Shown piece after piece: positions 13,158 to 28,100 of a stretch of DNA of 64,000 nt; the first letter of the stretch is position 1; each line of letters starts with the position of its first letter. Below the pieces are notes generated by a model. It saw only the letters and a program-made list of their open reading frames with translations, ran no database searches and was not told the DNA's origin. The stretch comes from Antedon mediterranea (Eukaryota > Animalia > Echinodermata): contig NC_092677.1 in NCBI RefSeq assembly GCF_964355755.1, positions 24,601,175 to 24,665,174 of the forward strand. Direction: 5' to 3'. The position numbers and the translations under genes are program-made.

Positions 13158-16100
13158 ATGGCAAACACAGGTACGTTAGATCATAGAGATAGTTCACTAT
13201 AATATCTCTATGGTTAGATCTATTAATTAATCCATGATAAGACGTGTTGTCCTACTCTGATGTAATTGTACTTTGACCAATCAATCGAACAGGCTTGCAT
13301 TGCGCCTACGTCGTTGCGTTTTGTTGGGACAAGCTTAAAGCGTGGTTCCCACTAGCGACGCAACGCAAGGACGTAACGCAACGCAAGTGAATTCGTAAGC
13401 GATCACAAGCGATGGCTTATTCGCTTGTGATTACTTCGCTTGTCATTGGTTAAAACGCTTGCGTTGTGTTTACGTCCTTGCGTTACGTTCTAGTGGAACC
13501 ACGCTTAAGAAGACGGCGTAATTACGTCAAGGAGGGCACAGCATCTGGTCAAATTAATTAGCTCCTTGAAGCAAACCTACATCGCAATTATCGTCAACAT
13601 TAATGCATGACGAGGGTTCACATTCCCCCGACGCTAAAAGCAAAGCAAAACAATATGAAGAACATCAAACTACACTGTGGTATTCAAATGCGAAAATGTG
13701 CTTATATAATCTGGCTCCTCCGATGGCACCACTCCTGCTAAAACCTAATGGTGATGATAATGTTAATATTAGAGTAGAAACAGATAATGCGTCGATTGAG
13801 TAGTATTCCGTTAAAACACTTAATTTTACATTTTTATTTTACAACTTATACTTTCCAGCATTATCAAAAGAGGAATGTAGCCTATTGAAAAGTTCTGTGG
13901 CAAACTGGTTTGACCAACGTAATTTAATCAGTATGATCAAAGTTTTGTACGAAGAGTTGGTGACTAGTAAACAAGACTTACATAAATCTACTACAACGTT
14001 GGAATTGATCAACTTGGTAAATACTTATAAGGGATTTAGTCAAAATGATCCAAGTCTTTTACTTGCGACAATAAATGTTACTGGGCAACACGGCATATGG
14101 AACAAAATAGAAAAATTAAAATTACCTGAGCTACGTCAAACAAGAACAGTATCAATGTTCAGTGAATTCAGACAGAAGGTAATGAGGCTCGGATTAAAAA
14201 TGAAGGCTTGTGACGTAAAAAGGATAAGTCATTTGTATGAAGAAACAAAGTTTAGAAAGTATGAGGATAGCTGGAGTTTGATTATTGATCTTGAACATAA
14301 CGCCCACTTATCTAATAAAAACATGACGAGGTTCATTAGAACGTTAAGCGAGAATAGTCTCGGTCATTTAATATATACTATAGATGGCGGTATGTATTAC
14401 ATTTTATCCTGATATTGTTTATTTAAATACTATAACATTTAATTTACTAACCAGTATACCTATTTTCAAACAGTATTACATAATTAGATTCAAATTTAAC
14501 ATTTTGCTTGATTATTGATCTTAAACTTATCTTATGAAAACATGATAGAATTCATTGACATGTTAAGAATAAATACGCACTTTTTAATATGCGGAATGTA
14601 TTCAATTTTATCCTGATAATGGTTTATATATACTTTATACTATATAATTTACTTTACTAACCAGTATATCTAATTTCAATCAGTAGTATACGATAGAGTC
14701 AAATTCAATCCACCATTATTCACATATCCACAAAATACTGTTCAATTATTCGGAAGTAAACGAGAGATAATTTGAGCGTATTATCTAGTTTTAGTAATGA
14801 CTCTAGGTCAGGTCAATCGATGAGTCATCGGTCGTCGCCTGGACCATGGATGAAATAAGTATAATTTTGTTCATGCCTGGCCCTAGTAACCATCAAACCT
14901 GTGTCACGGTGGGGAGCGAGGACACATGTCCAATCTCCGCATGCGCATATTTCAACAATTAATTATCGTCGGTCGTGGCAAATCCAAAGCCCCCTAATGT
15001 TTCTTTACTTTGCTATATGATACAGGTGAACAACAAGTTGATATTGTTGAAAACAGAGACTTTGAATTACCAGGAACCGCAATAAAAAAAAAAGGTATGT
15101 AAATCAGTTTAGAAAAATCTGATTGATTTATTTTAATCTGGTCAAACAATTGTTGATATTATTCGATTGCATTGTGGATTTAAAAGCGGCACGAGGAATG
15201 GAGCTCTAAATAGATTAAATTAATCGAATATCTAAACAATTGACCATTAGTAGTAGTAAATACATTTGTCTACTACTGTATTTCCAATGCAATATTTAAG
15301 ATACAAGTGATTTACCTGCAAATTATTGACTTGTATGTGATCATGAATTGTAATACTGTACTTTCATATTATATATATAATATAGGCCTATATATAAACA
15401 AATTAGGCATAGAACATTAATTCCAAACCGCCCGGTAATATACTGAAATTTAATTAATTAATTTGAAACGATAAAGATGAGACTCGAACTCGGACCGCCT
15501 GCTTGATATGCAGATGTCCTAACCGTTAGACCACGGTATTGTTCGAACTCGATTGGATAGCGACTCTTTAACATTCTCGGCGTGGTACGGCCGGCGGAAC
15601 AGCAGCACTAGTCCTCAGTTGTACGCACGCGCACCAGAGATCAAATTGATACGCCCTCATCTTACAGTATTTTTATTTATTTTATATATACATATGTTAG
15701 TAATATATAAATTGTTTAAAATATTATATGAATCATGAGATGTGCTATTAACTGTAGAATGGCAAACAAATAACAAACAAAAAAATCTTGGTGATCTATA
15801 AATGTATAAATTGAAAAATAAAACAAAACTAGATAATTTGATGATTATCTCATTTTTTTTATAAGATCTTGTATTTTTGTATTCATGACTTTTTATATAT
15901 TTTTAATTAATTGTTTGAGAGCTTGTTAACGAAACGAAATTCCTTTTGGACCAATACATTTCTGTATTCTGTGTATTCTGTATTCTGTATTTGGCCTAAG
16001 TTTATAATGAAGAAAAGATATGCAATCATGAATTAGTATAAGGCATATAATATGATGTATGTTATATTTGTACATACATGTTTTATATATTCCCATACTT

Positions 16101-19100
16101 CAAAGAGTTTGGTTATGCTTTGTAACGTGTTACAAACCAAATACTGTAATTATGTAATTATGATGAATTCGATTAGATAATGTAGGCCTATATATATAAA
16201 AATCATAATGAATGAAGCAATTTTAATGATGATGAAATAAAAGTGGGAAACCCACAAAAGACAAAAAAAAAATACATTTGTCTGTTTAAACCAAAATAAA
16301 ACATGAAATTAAATTTAGTTGTTATTATCATGTATTATTATTCTTATTTTAACCATCAACATCAACTTCGTTTATCGAAGATAATCGGTTATTTTCTGTA
16401 TCGAATATTACTTTCTTAAAATTTACTTGAGTTGAATTAATATTCTTCTGACAACAAGAAAACTACTCACAGATACAATTAAGAAACAAACCCATGCATT
16501 ATAAACCAAAAGTCTAATTTGAGCCACGGCAGTGGCACTTTATTGGCCGCGAGAACTGTGACAGCCCCATGATTTGAACCCAGGACCTGGGATTAACAAG
16601 CAAGCTAATCAGACACTAAAGAATCAACAGATCAGAAACCTATATAGTTGGCTCTGTATTTCTTTTTTATACGTATGTTTTTGTGTCTTGTATTTTATAA
16701 TCATTTCCTCCTATAACAGTCAGTCTCATCTTTTATTAAATCAATTATACAGTAGGCCTACATCAAATGCAGTACAGTACACGGTTTTTGATGTTGTTAA
16801 GACATCAATATTAATATTGTGTTTCTTTATAGCATTGGTTGTTGCTGTTGTCATCGCTGTCATCGCTGTTGTCGTCATCACTTTCATCACTACTAGGCCT
16901 ATAGGAGGTGATGATTTATCTTTTTTTATGGTTAGGTTGAGGGTTAGGTTATGGTCTATCAATACTAGGTGATACACGTGAAACACATGTGATGCTATAT
17001 TCCAGAATTCAAATGACACTGGAGAAATTTAGATACAGTATCAAGAATCAGTTGCACGTAACGAGTAAAATCCATCTGTCATGATTAGGTTAGTCATAAT
17101 GGCATATGACCCAGGCATCACATGTGATACATATATGACATTAATTACAGAATTGTATAAAGTGATATTCATGAACAAATTATATACATAATGTATTAAG
17201 TACTGACATTTGGTAGGGAGAACGGTATGAGGGAAATAGTGAACCTCCAGGAAACCACTGTCTGGGGGTCAATGGGTTTTGATTAAATGTAATGTTTATT
17301 TTGTCGTAGGCCTATAATCATTCGTTTATTTAAATGATTTTCTAATTTGTTTGAGCAGTAATTATTTGTATTTTATTTGTCTTTTAACTTAAATGTAACT
17401 GTTTATTTTGACATTTTATAACAACATTATTATTTTTAAATATTACTTGTGTTTTGCCTACTATACTAAGTACTGTATTTTTTAATTTTTAATTTTATTT
17501 ATCTGTTAAATGTTAATTGAATTATAGGTCGACCAAATGCGCCAACAGTCACACTGTTGGAACAAAACCTCACTTCCATTACACTACGAATAGAAGACCC
17601 TGAATACACCGGTGATCTTGACCTAATTTTCTACAATATCAGCTTTAAATATGAAAGTAGGGGAAAGGATGTCGTTGATTTTAATATGTTTGATTACAGT
17701 AAGTCTTCATCAATTAAGTAAAATAAAACAACTATTGGTTGACATTGATAACCAAGGGCTGCACAGAAAATGTTGTTTATTTCTCCTTTTTTTATTATTC
17801 AATCAGAGGATAAAAATGACAAAGATTTTCAAATTTACACAATCAAAGAACTGTTATCAGAGAAACCATACAAAATCAGAGTGGCTGGCAAGAATAAATA
17901 TATGTTAGGATACCAAAGCGAAGAATTATACGCTAGAACACTAACAGAAGGTAAGTATCGTTATTTCATGAAGGATACATAACTTAAGATTTAAGTACAG
18001 CAATCCATTAGACTTAGGTACCATCAAAATGTCCACAAAAGTTGGTTAAACTGAGTTAAATATGGGTTGGTAATGTGGAAAAAAGACTTTCTGAATACCA
18101 AAAAGTTATCTATTGTGATCATTACATAGTTTGAAAAATATATATACACATATGTATTACCAACTGTCTGAAATGCGACATAGGCTGTACAGTAAGATCA
18201 AGAAAATGGTTCCTTTCCTGCCCTAAACTCTGTAAATTAAGAAATGGTCTAATCCGCCATGTATGAACACATAATGTAATACAGTAATAATAATATTGTG
18301 TAGACTAATAAACATTTATAACTGTTTAGTAATTCATTGTTAGATTCCAAACATTATTATAAAACATATGGACGGATTAAAATAAAATAATAAATTGTTA
18401 CTGTGAGCGTAGGTAGGGAGGATAAGGGAGAAAATCAAACTGTGTACGTCAATACTACTTAGTTAGGGAAAATCAGCACCAAACCTAGAAAAAATTATTT
18501 ACAAAGCGACTTTTATGGGAAAACCTTTATATGAATCTAAAATACCACCAAAAAAAAGTTCTAAGGATTTGGCCCATGGGAGACTTTTTTTGGCGTCATT
18601 TTCAAAATGGCCGCTTACAACTTGACATGCTTGTATCTTAGTAACCATTAATCATGGAGACTTGGTTTTGGTCTTAAATTGTTGAGAAGATACATATTCC
18701 TATTCTTCATAATGAAACATTTTGTCCAAAAGTGACCAGAAATGATATTTCTGACGTTTTGACCTTTGACCTCAGCTTATTATATCTCAATAACTACTGG
18801 TCGCATAATCTTCATATTGGTCTCAAATTGTTAAGAACATGTATGTTCCTATTTGGTATAATGGAGCATTATGTACAATTGTGACAAGAAGTATGGTTTT
18901 ATTAACTTTTAACCTTATATGTGAAAAGAGCACCAAACTTGAGAAAAAAATCACATTTTAAATGTTTTTGAGGGTGGGAGAGGGGATTATTCATCATGTA
19001 ATAACACCGAAACTTGGATATTGCTCCCAGTCGTTTACTTACTAAAGATTCCTTATTATTGGTAATAGTTTAAAATCCACATGTAATTATAGACGTACAA

Positions 19101-22100
19101 TGATATTATTTTTACCAAATAATCAACTTTCTTTAAAACATACACCGTCACTTAGACGAAAGCTGATGATTTTGTTGTTGTTGAGACTAGCCAGATTATT
19201 ACTGTGTCAGTAAAGCCTAGGTGTCTTCATCAGAAAAATGAATGAAAAGTTACATGAGCCATTTTCACATTCGTCTAATGTTGGGACTGGTGTTAGTTCA
19301 CCATTGATGTTTTTTCCAACCGTATTTGGTGGCATCAAAGACATGTACATCAATTTCATGATGTGCTAATTTCCTCCAGTCCAGTACTTGAAACCATACC
19401 CTCAATGAGTGCTGTAGGATGGCACCTTCAGTTGGAGAGTGACGCTCAATTGTTAAGCTACCCCTCGCTACCATTTTGGAGTACATACGTACTCTATGTT
19501 GTCATGTCTTCATCAGCACCATACATTAGTTGCATCAACGATGAGCATGTCAGCATCTGCTGAATAAGCATGGTAAACATTAATTCCATCCTCGGCTAAA
19601 GTCGATCATAATAAGTTAATTAGTTCTTGCTTATTTTTCAAATTTGAAAGAAACTGTGTCTTTTGGACAATACATCTTTGGTTTGTTGACACCTTATAAC
19701 TTGCACATTTAATCTTTGTTCTTCGTTTGTGTTCATGGTCTTTTATTGATGCATGTGTGTAAGTGTCAAAAATGACTTCTACTGTTCCTGCCTGGAAATT
19801 CTTTTTGATATAATTACTGTAGGATTTAATTATATCTAGGAATTTTGAATTTGGAGTCCATGGAGTCTGATGTATCAACCATCCTCCATCTATAACGTAC
19901 ACACACTGGCTGACTCAGATATGGTTTTGAGATAGTTCCCAAGTGACGCCTTGTCAGGCTTCTGTAAAAATTCAGAGGTATCATACAGGGATGTTGATAG
20001 AGGTGTCAGTTCATATTTTAATGTTTCACATAGTGAAAAGTTATCACGTTCACTGAGAAGGACAAGTCTTGTAAATAGGGTTGTATTGTTGACATAAGCA
20101 TTCTTTCCTCCAACTTTCACACATTTTTTACATGTAGACATGATAATGGTTTAATGTTTCGTGTAGACATTCTGTGATTCAGAGGTTTAGCATCTACTTG
20201 TTTCTGTATGGTGAGAGACCTATATTGTAGCAATTGTCACAATTTACTTCGTTGACGAATTCAGTGGATAAACCTGTCGACAGTGAAACGATGATTTTAC
20301 TGTGGATTCTGTGGATCTTCAAAACATTCATTGAACCAATTGAGTACTTGACCGAAGATAGATGTGTCAATTTTCATTGCACTTTGTGAGCATTCTTTGT
20401 GTGGCAGGTTTGGAGTGTTTCCTTTGTCTTCTAGTAGGTGATGGATCTCAGAAACATGATTCAAAGTCAGTACCCAAGGCAGGTATGTTGCTCCGCTTGT
20501 AGTTGAAGTACCCCTCATCCGGCCCATAGACAAACCGCCCTGTGATTTTGAATGTCTCATAAGGGTCTGTTCAATTGCTATGTCACTCCATACACCTGCC
20601 CATTGTTTTTCGTTATATCTGATGGTATGATCCCCATTGCAGAATATCGCCCATGTGGCAGGATCATCTTTTTTCAGCTGCAACATAGTCTGAAGGTATA
20701 TACTGCTGCCTTTGTCTAATGTGTGTTGCTTCTCTATACATAAACAAATATTCTATTTATGCTTACCAAAATTGCATTTGATATGCTGTTGCTGCACTCT
20801 TTCTAACAAACATTTGAAATGTATCCTGCTAGATGGCGCTTCCTGATTGGTCAAAAAGTTTAGCCTATGTACAGCCATGTGGTGGCGGTGTTAATACTTG
20901 AATTATATTATTAATAATAATTGAATAATATTGGTTAATTGGGTTCAACGGTCAATAAATGGTATTTCTACTTGCTTTATAGAAAAATGTGTCATTACTG
21001 CAAATATAAAGTTGTACATTATAAACAAATTAAGACCAAAACCCACTCTCTAGGTCAAATAGTTATGTAGCTATGAAACTTCCGGTCAAGAAAGGTCAAA
21101 GGTCAGAAATAGCATTGCTGGTAATTTTTTAGAAAAATATTCCATTATTGCAAATAGGAAATTGTACATTGCGAACAATTTGAGACTAAAATTAAGCATC
21201 TACACTGTGTGGTTAATGAAGTACTAACTCGTTACTAAAAATAGATTTGACCTTTATATAAAAGGTCATAACTCCTTCCCCCATAGAGAAAATCACTAGA
21301 ACTTTTTTTTGGTGACCCCTGGGACTTATATGTTAAGTTTGATGATAAAAATCCTTTGTAAATAATTTTTTCCAGGTTTGGTTAAAAAATGACGTTTTTA
21401 ACCCTAACTAACTACTTAGTTAACGCATTAGTGTTTTTCTACTTGACAACATTCTACAAACAAACGTATATTTTTTATTTGTTTGATAATTTAGATTCTA
21501 TATTATCTACATTAATACCTAATGTGACGTTTTCCATTCCATTCCATTTCTTAAATAAATCTAAAGTTTATTTTATATTTTTTTATATATATCATTTGCA
21601 TAATAAATATAAATGTATGGCTAATGTGCATATTATGTGGCATTTAGAAGATAATTAACATAGATATTTCAACAAGTAATGGGATGGAACCTTGGGAACT
21701 CCACAGAACAATGGGAATTAGATTTGAATCAAATTATTATTTTTTTTCTTATTGACCAAAGACCATTTATTGAACACTCATTAAACATTATACAATAAAC
21801 TTTAATTTCAATATCATGGTTACGTTATTAGTGGCAAAACAATCAATTAAAAAATATTTGTTTCTATTTTCTAATGTCATTTGTCATGTATGTTTATCTA
21901 TTTTTATTCAAAACAATGTTTTATAATAATACAAAAATCAATCTTCACCAATTACATATTAATTACGATTTTTTATACGACTCTGACATCATAATTCGAT
22001 AGTTTACAGAGTGAGATATTTAGATCGAAGGTTTTGGACAAAGAAAACGCAGATTGTGTTTTTTGCAATAGGCATGTTTATAATTGTTGATACTAGATGG

Positions 22101-25100
22101 TTCTCGAATAGGCCTACACAGTAATTTCAGCGTCAGTGTAAAAAAATGGCGATTTCAAATGTACGTACCGCAGGACTATATTACATGTCATTTACAGAAA
22201 CGAATAAATAGACACGATGATTTATGTAGTCAACTAAAATTAGCACCTTGGGAATTACTTCCAAAAGAGAAACTTGTCACAAAATTTGTCTGATTTGGAC
22301 TCAGTTAAACAAACCCAATTTGTGTTTTGTGTAACATTAGGGTTGAGGGATGGGGAAGAGGATGGGTACAAAGAAGAACAACTTTTAAATATATTCTTTA
22401 TCTAACGAAATATTTGTTCATCTTTGATAGGCCTATAAATAATATATCACTTGATACAGTAACACATTTGCGATTTAATACTTTGTTAAAACTGTCACTG
22501 TCATAGTCGATTGAAATAGCATAGTACATGTAACGATACACCACTACAACGTTTATATATTTGTAATTATTAATTAATAGTCCATGGGCCAGACATTTTT
22601 TTCGGTATCAAATTGGTGGCAAATGCTACCATACATTTTTGGAAAGCTTAATCTGTCTAATTTTCAGAAATCCATGATAGCAATGCCAATAGTACAGCTT
22701 AATAGTCATTTTTTAGGATTATATAACACCGCCTACGGAAAATATGCAACACAAAATTTTGCGGTAGGGGGTAACACTTTTCCTAATAACTCGGGATGTA
22801 ATGAACAGATTTGCATTTTCTTGGTATCAATATGCAGTGTATAGACTGCTAACGTGTAATATATTTTTCTAAGTAAATCCAACAATTATTGACACCATTA
22901 GAGGTCAGAAGGTCATTGAACTTTAATAAAAAATGATTTTTTTTCTAATATTAACTTATAACTTTCAGTTTTTAACAAAAAAAATACCATAGATGTTATG
23001 TAAACTGATGTTTTCATGAACATATAGACCCAATAAACAAGAAAATTGAAGTTAAAGATTAACAAAATATGAATATGCTGTGTATTATGAAGAAATTTGT
23101 TGTTTTTAGTAATTTGTAATCGTTTACAGTTATGGGGTAGGGGGTAACATTTTTGCGAATAACTTAAAATTTAGTTAACAGATTTGCATTTTCTTGCTAT
23201 CAGTATGTAGTGTATAGATTGCCTAATTGTAGTATACTAAATGAATCCCGCATTTATTGACATCTTTAGAGGTCAAAAGGTCACTGACCTTTAATAAAAA
23301 ATGCAATATTTTTCTAAATTAGCTTATAAATTTCAATTTTAAACACAAAAATACAAGATATCTTATGCAAACTAATGTTTTCTTAAACCTATAGACAGAA
23401 TAAATAAGAAAATTGAATTTAACATTTTTTCAAAATTGAATATGCTGTGCATTATAAAGAAACTTGTTCGTCATTAATAATCTTTGACAATAATGGGGTA
23501 GGGGGTAACATTTGTGCAAATAACTTAAGATTTAGTAAACAGATTTGCATTTTCATGTTATCATTATGTAGTGTATGGATTTCATTATTGTAATATACTT
23601 TTTAAAAATGAATCCAGCATCTATTGACGTCTTTAGAGGTCAAAGGGTCAATGACCTTCAATCAAAAATGCAATTTCTTCTAAATTAACTTATACATTTC
23701 AATGTATAAACGTTTTGAAAATAAGGCCTATGTCAGAATTCACATAATTTGAGTAATTGAATAGTTTGCGTTTTGTAATGTGATTTATGACACTTTAAAA
23801 TTAAGATACAAAGTTGTAAATTGGTATATCTAGGGTCAATTCCCACCATATAATGCAAATCTAAAATGGTAAGTAAGAACAATCAGAAAAGCTTATATTG
23901 TATATATGTATTGTTGAGGCACTTGTGGTTGCCTCAATAAAATATTAGACCATTTACTCTTTTCAACTGTGTCTGGCATGGCTTTAAAGTTGGTTACAGA
24001 CCAAAAATGGGCAAAAAAAGATTATATTTACAGTGACCTTTGACCTAGGCAACATTTATCCACCCACATAAAATTATTACCATTTTTGAACACATATCTG
24101 GTGTACCTCCGGACAAAATTCTGTTTTGGAGACTCATCTCCTATATGGTGTGACAATTTTGCCATTTTAAATGATCTACGGGGTATTTCGTTGTGGCATA
24201 ACTTCCTAAATACTAAATAGCATATTGCAACTATCCCCTTGATGCCCTAGAATGTTACCAAAATTAAAAGGTGCACCAGCTCGGCGCTAGTATCGGACTT
24301 CTGGTTTAGATGGGGATAGAGGACGAAATAGAGGAACATATTTTGGCGTAGTGCTATTATATTATAGATAAGTAAACTAGTCACTAACTCCGTGTCGATT
24401 ACTCACCTATAGAGATATTATAGTTCACTATAATATCTCTATTACTCACCCTAGCTGTTCCATATTGTGTACCGCCGCGATAGGTATATTCTACAACATT
24501 TTAGCAGGCCTTTACGATTGTTCCATTTCTCTCCTAGGAAGATATCATGAAGGGTTTTAAAACGAAATTATAGATTTCATCGGTAGATTTTTGAAACGCC
24601 AATTTCGGACCGCGCGTGAACGTAGTTAGCAAAATAAAAATTATACAGTACTGAAAATTTAATTAATTAATTAATTAATTAAATATGTTCATAAATCAAC
24701 GAAGTATATTGTGGGGAATAGTATATAAAAGTACATCGAGAGAACTGATGATAAGACCTTTTGTTTAAAATCGGTGAAACCCCGATAGCTGAGGTGTTGA
24801 ATTGAGTAAGCTGGAAGGTCTGTATACTGCGCGCTATTTGTGTCCCGTTAAGACCCTTGGATACTTCTGCCCATGTTGCAAGTCGTCTAAAACACTTAGG
24901 CCAAAACGGCCTACTGTGTCTTGGAAGTTAGTTTCACAAGATGTTTAAACTAAACAATGTATTTTATTATACCAATTAAGATGATATTTATTTGAATAAA
25001 CGCCCAACACCCCACACATATCGTCATCTCTTCAAGGTATGCCATTCGTTGAGCATTGAACTGCCTCATAAATATTGGGTATTCTATTGCGTTCCGCTAA

Positions 25101-28100
25101 ATTTCTTTATTGTGTGTATCGGTTTTCTTAAACTTTTTACAATTTCAACAATACCATCATGATAGGGCGTGAATGTCTTGGCTGTCGGTTTAAATTGTTT
25201 ACGATTTTCATGAGGAAGAGTAATTAAAAATGGGAAATACATTTGCATCACATTTAGGTATATTGAGCATTCATTAAACATATACATTAAACTAAATACA
25301 CTTCAATTTCAATATTATGCTGATGAAATTCGGATAAGGCCCTCCACGGTATAGTAGCCAGAAGTGCAGAACCTACCAGATCAGCACACCGGGTCCCGGA
25401 GACGATCCCTACGTTTTTCCATTTTTTTGTTTTACAATAATACGACAATTATTCTTTACCAATCACTATTAATTACGAGATTCTGACCTCATAATAAGAT
25501 AGTTTACAGATTGAGATATTGAGATCGAAGGCTTTGGACAAATCAAAGAAAATACAGATTGTATTTTTTTGCAATAAGCATATAGATATACAGCAAGGTA
25601 GTATGTCAACTGTAAAATGATACTAGGACTAATGATGTAAGGAAAATAATGGTTAACAATTATTTTTCTTTTCAGATGAAATTATCCGAAACTTTTTAAC
25701 AGCAGAACAGAAAAGGAAATTTAAAGATCCAAACAGGAAACCGCCGACGTGGGACACGTATTTTAGACATACATACAACATTTCACAGATGTTTACTGAT
25801 CTAATATTGAAACCAGAAATTTTGAAGAAGTATAAATACCTGGATTTAAAAATCGAAAGTCCTACATCATTAAAAGAACTATTATACTTTATCAGGTCCG
25901 TGGAATCATGTAAAGTATGCATGACAGGAGAAGGAGGGGTTGGTAAGACGACTTTACTTCAGTATATATCTTATAACTGGGCAATTGATTCAGATTCTAC
26001 GTTTGCCGGTAAAATATTATTTCTTATAAATGTACGAGATATCGAGGCAGGTAAAACAATTACAGATATGATTGTAGCGCAGGTTAGTATGAGTATTTTT
26101 TTTAAACATACTAATCTCCCGACAAATGAACTACTAATAGAAAGGTTTATACAGAAGTATGACAGGGAGTTAATTGTGTTGTTAGATGGATTAGATGAGT
26201 TGGAATATGGTGTCGTAGGGCCAAAACTGATGTTAGAAGGTAATGAACTGAGGGAAAGCATAGTTATTATGACATCACGACCGGGTTTTACGAAAGACTT
26301 ACTTATTCATTGCGATTTAGATGTAAAAGTAGAAGGGTTTTCTAAAAATAACATTGAGGAATATATTCAAAAATATTTTATACTTGTTGAAAACCCTGCG
26401 CTTGGTGATTCATTGATTGAAGAATTCAAACTTAATTCGGAATATACAAGTTCTTGGGGTGGCGATCACAAAAAAATATTTGAATTCCTGCAATCCCCTT
26501 TTTTATTACTTAAAATGTGCACCATATGGGACCATGAACAAATAATTCCTAAACATTTTGAACACTTTTTTATAGAAATTTTTCGATGCATTTTAAATCA
26601 GTACCTTAATAGGAACGGTACTTCTAAAGCAATTCCAAAATATCTTGACTTTCCCGACGAGTTTAACAATTCACTTCGAATATTAGGCAATATTAGTTAC
26701 ATAAAACTACAGACAAATTTACTTCATTTTTATAAAACGGATTTGATAAACCTAGCAGGAAATAACAGTTTAGTTGACTTATCTCTTAAATTAGGTTTTG
26801 TTTACAAAGACCCTCCATCTGAAAAAGATTCCTTTTTGGAGACTTATCGATGTCCACATAAGTTACTGGCAGAGGCCCTAGCAGGATTTTACTTGTCTTA
26901 TAAAAGTCAATTTGAAATTTTAAATTTTGACGAAAGTGAAGAAATAAGAACTAACACGTATCTACATATGACTAGAGTGTTTACAGTTAGTTTTCTAGGT
27001 CCCAACGCGGACAAACTTATGAAATACTGGTTGTTGAATAATGCTTCTCATTATTACTCATTTGCAAAATATTTCCAATATGTAAATAAAGAACACGAAA
27101 AAAGGGTATTAGAATCACTTGATGAGCACATAAACCAATCGAAAGAACTAACGATACAAGTCGAACGCTTAACGCGTTCCTTTACAGCGTTTTATAATTA
27201 CAATTTACACTTTATACAGCATTTGAAATTGTTACATGAAGAAGTAACAAAATCAGGTAGATATGTAATAGAAAATAAAATTATCGAATTGATAGAAAAA
27301 TCGACAAAAGAATCATCTGAAGATATTTGCAGGCTTGTAGCACACGTATTAATAATAATACAACAAAATAAGAATATAGGGATCGATGAATACGTTGAAT
27401 ACAGTGACTTATATTTACTGTATTTATTTAATAAATGGGGTGATACAGCTATTGAGATTCTCTCAAACGAGTGGAGAAGATGTCATTTAAATGAAGAAAT
27501 ACAGGAAATTAGTTTTTCTTACCCCATGTCCACGTTATTTCTTATTACTTATTTGAATGGCACACACTTATGTCATTTTTTTCAATCTTTTTCCAACCTT
27601 CGATTTCTCTACATGGACGACGGTGGTTATATATATAATGGTAAGCTTATTAAAGAAATTATAACCGAATGTAACAATAGTACAGTGTTTTCAGAATTAA
27701 CGGAGCTTGATCTCAGTCACAATGATTTAACAGATATAAATGGAACATTATTAAGTCACATAATTCATATTTCTAAAGATTTGAAAAGAATTAATTTAGA
27801 ATCTTGTAATTTAAATGGTACCCATATAAATAGTATGTTGAAAAAACATGAAGTAAAGTATCTGAAGTTAAAAAATATTACCATTCAATTAGAAGACAAT
27901 AACCTTTCAGATATTGATACAGATTCACTTGTAAAGCTGATAAACTTAGAAACATCCGGGTGGTTAAAATGGAAAAATTATAAACTATCAGCCAAGCACT
28001 TACAAGCTCTTCTGATTTCACATCAGAAGTACAGATTTATAAGAGTCATTCGTGTTGATTTGGATAATGTAGACCTATCGTCAATTAATGGAAGTATACT

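Noticed and set aside
16574-17019. 132-aa and 92-aa ORFs as independent genes
   Set aside because: They are chance extensions or the antisense of the 75-nt TM exon.
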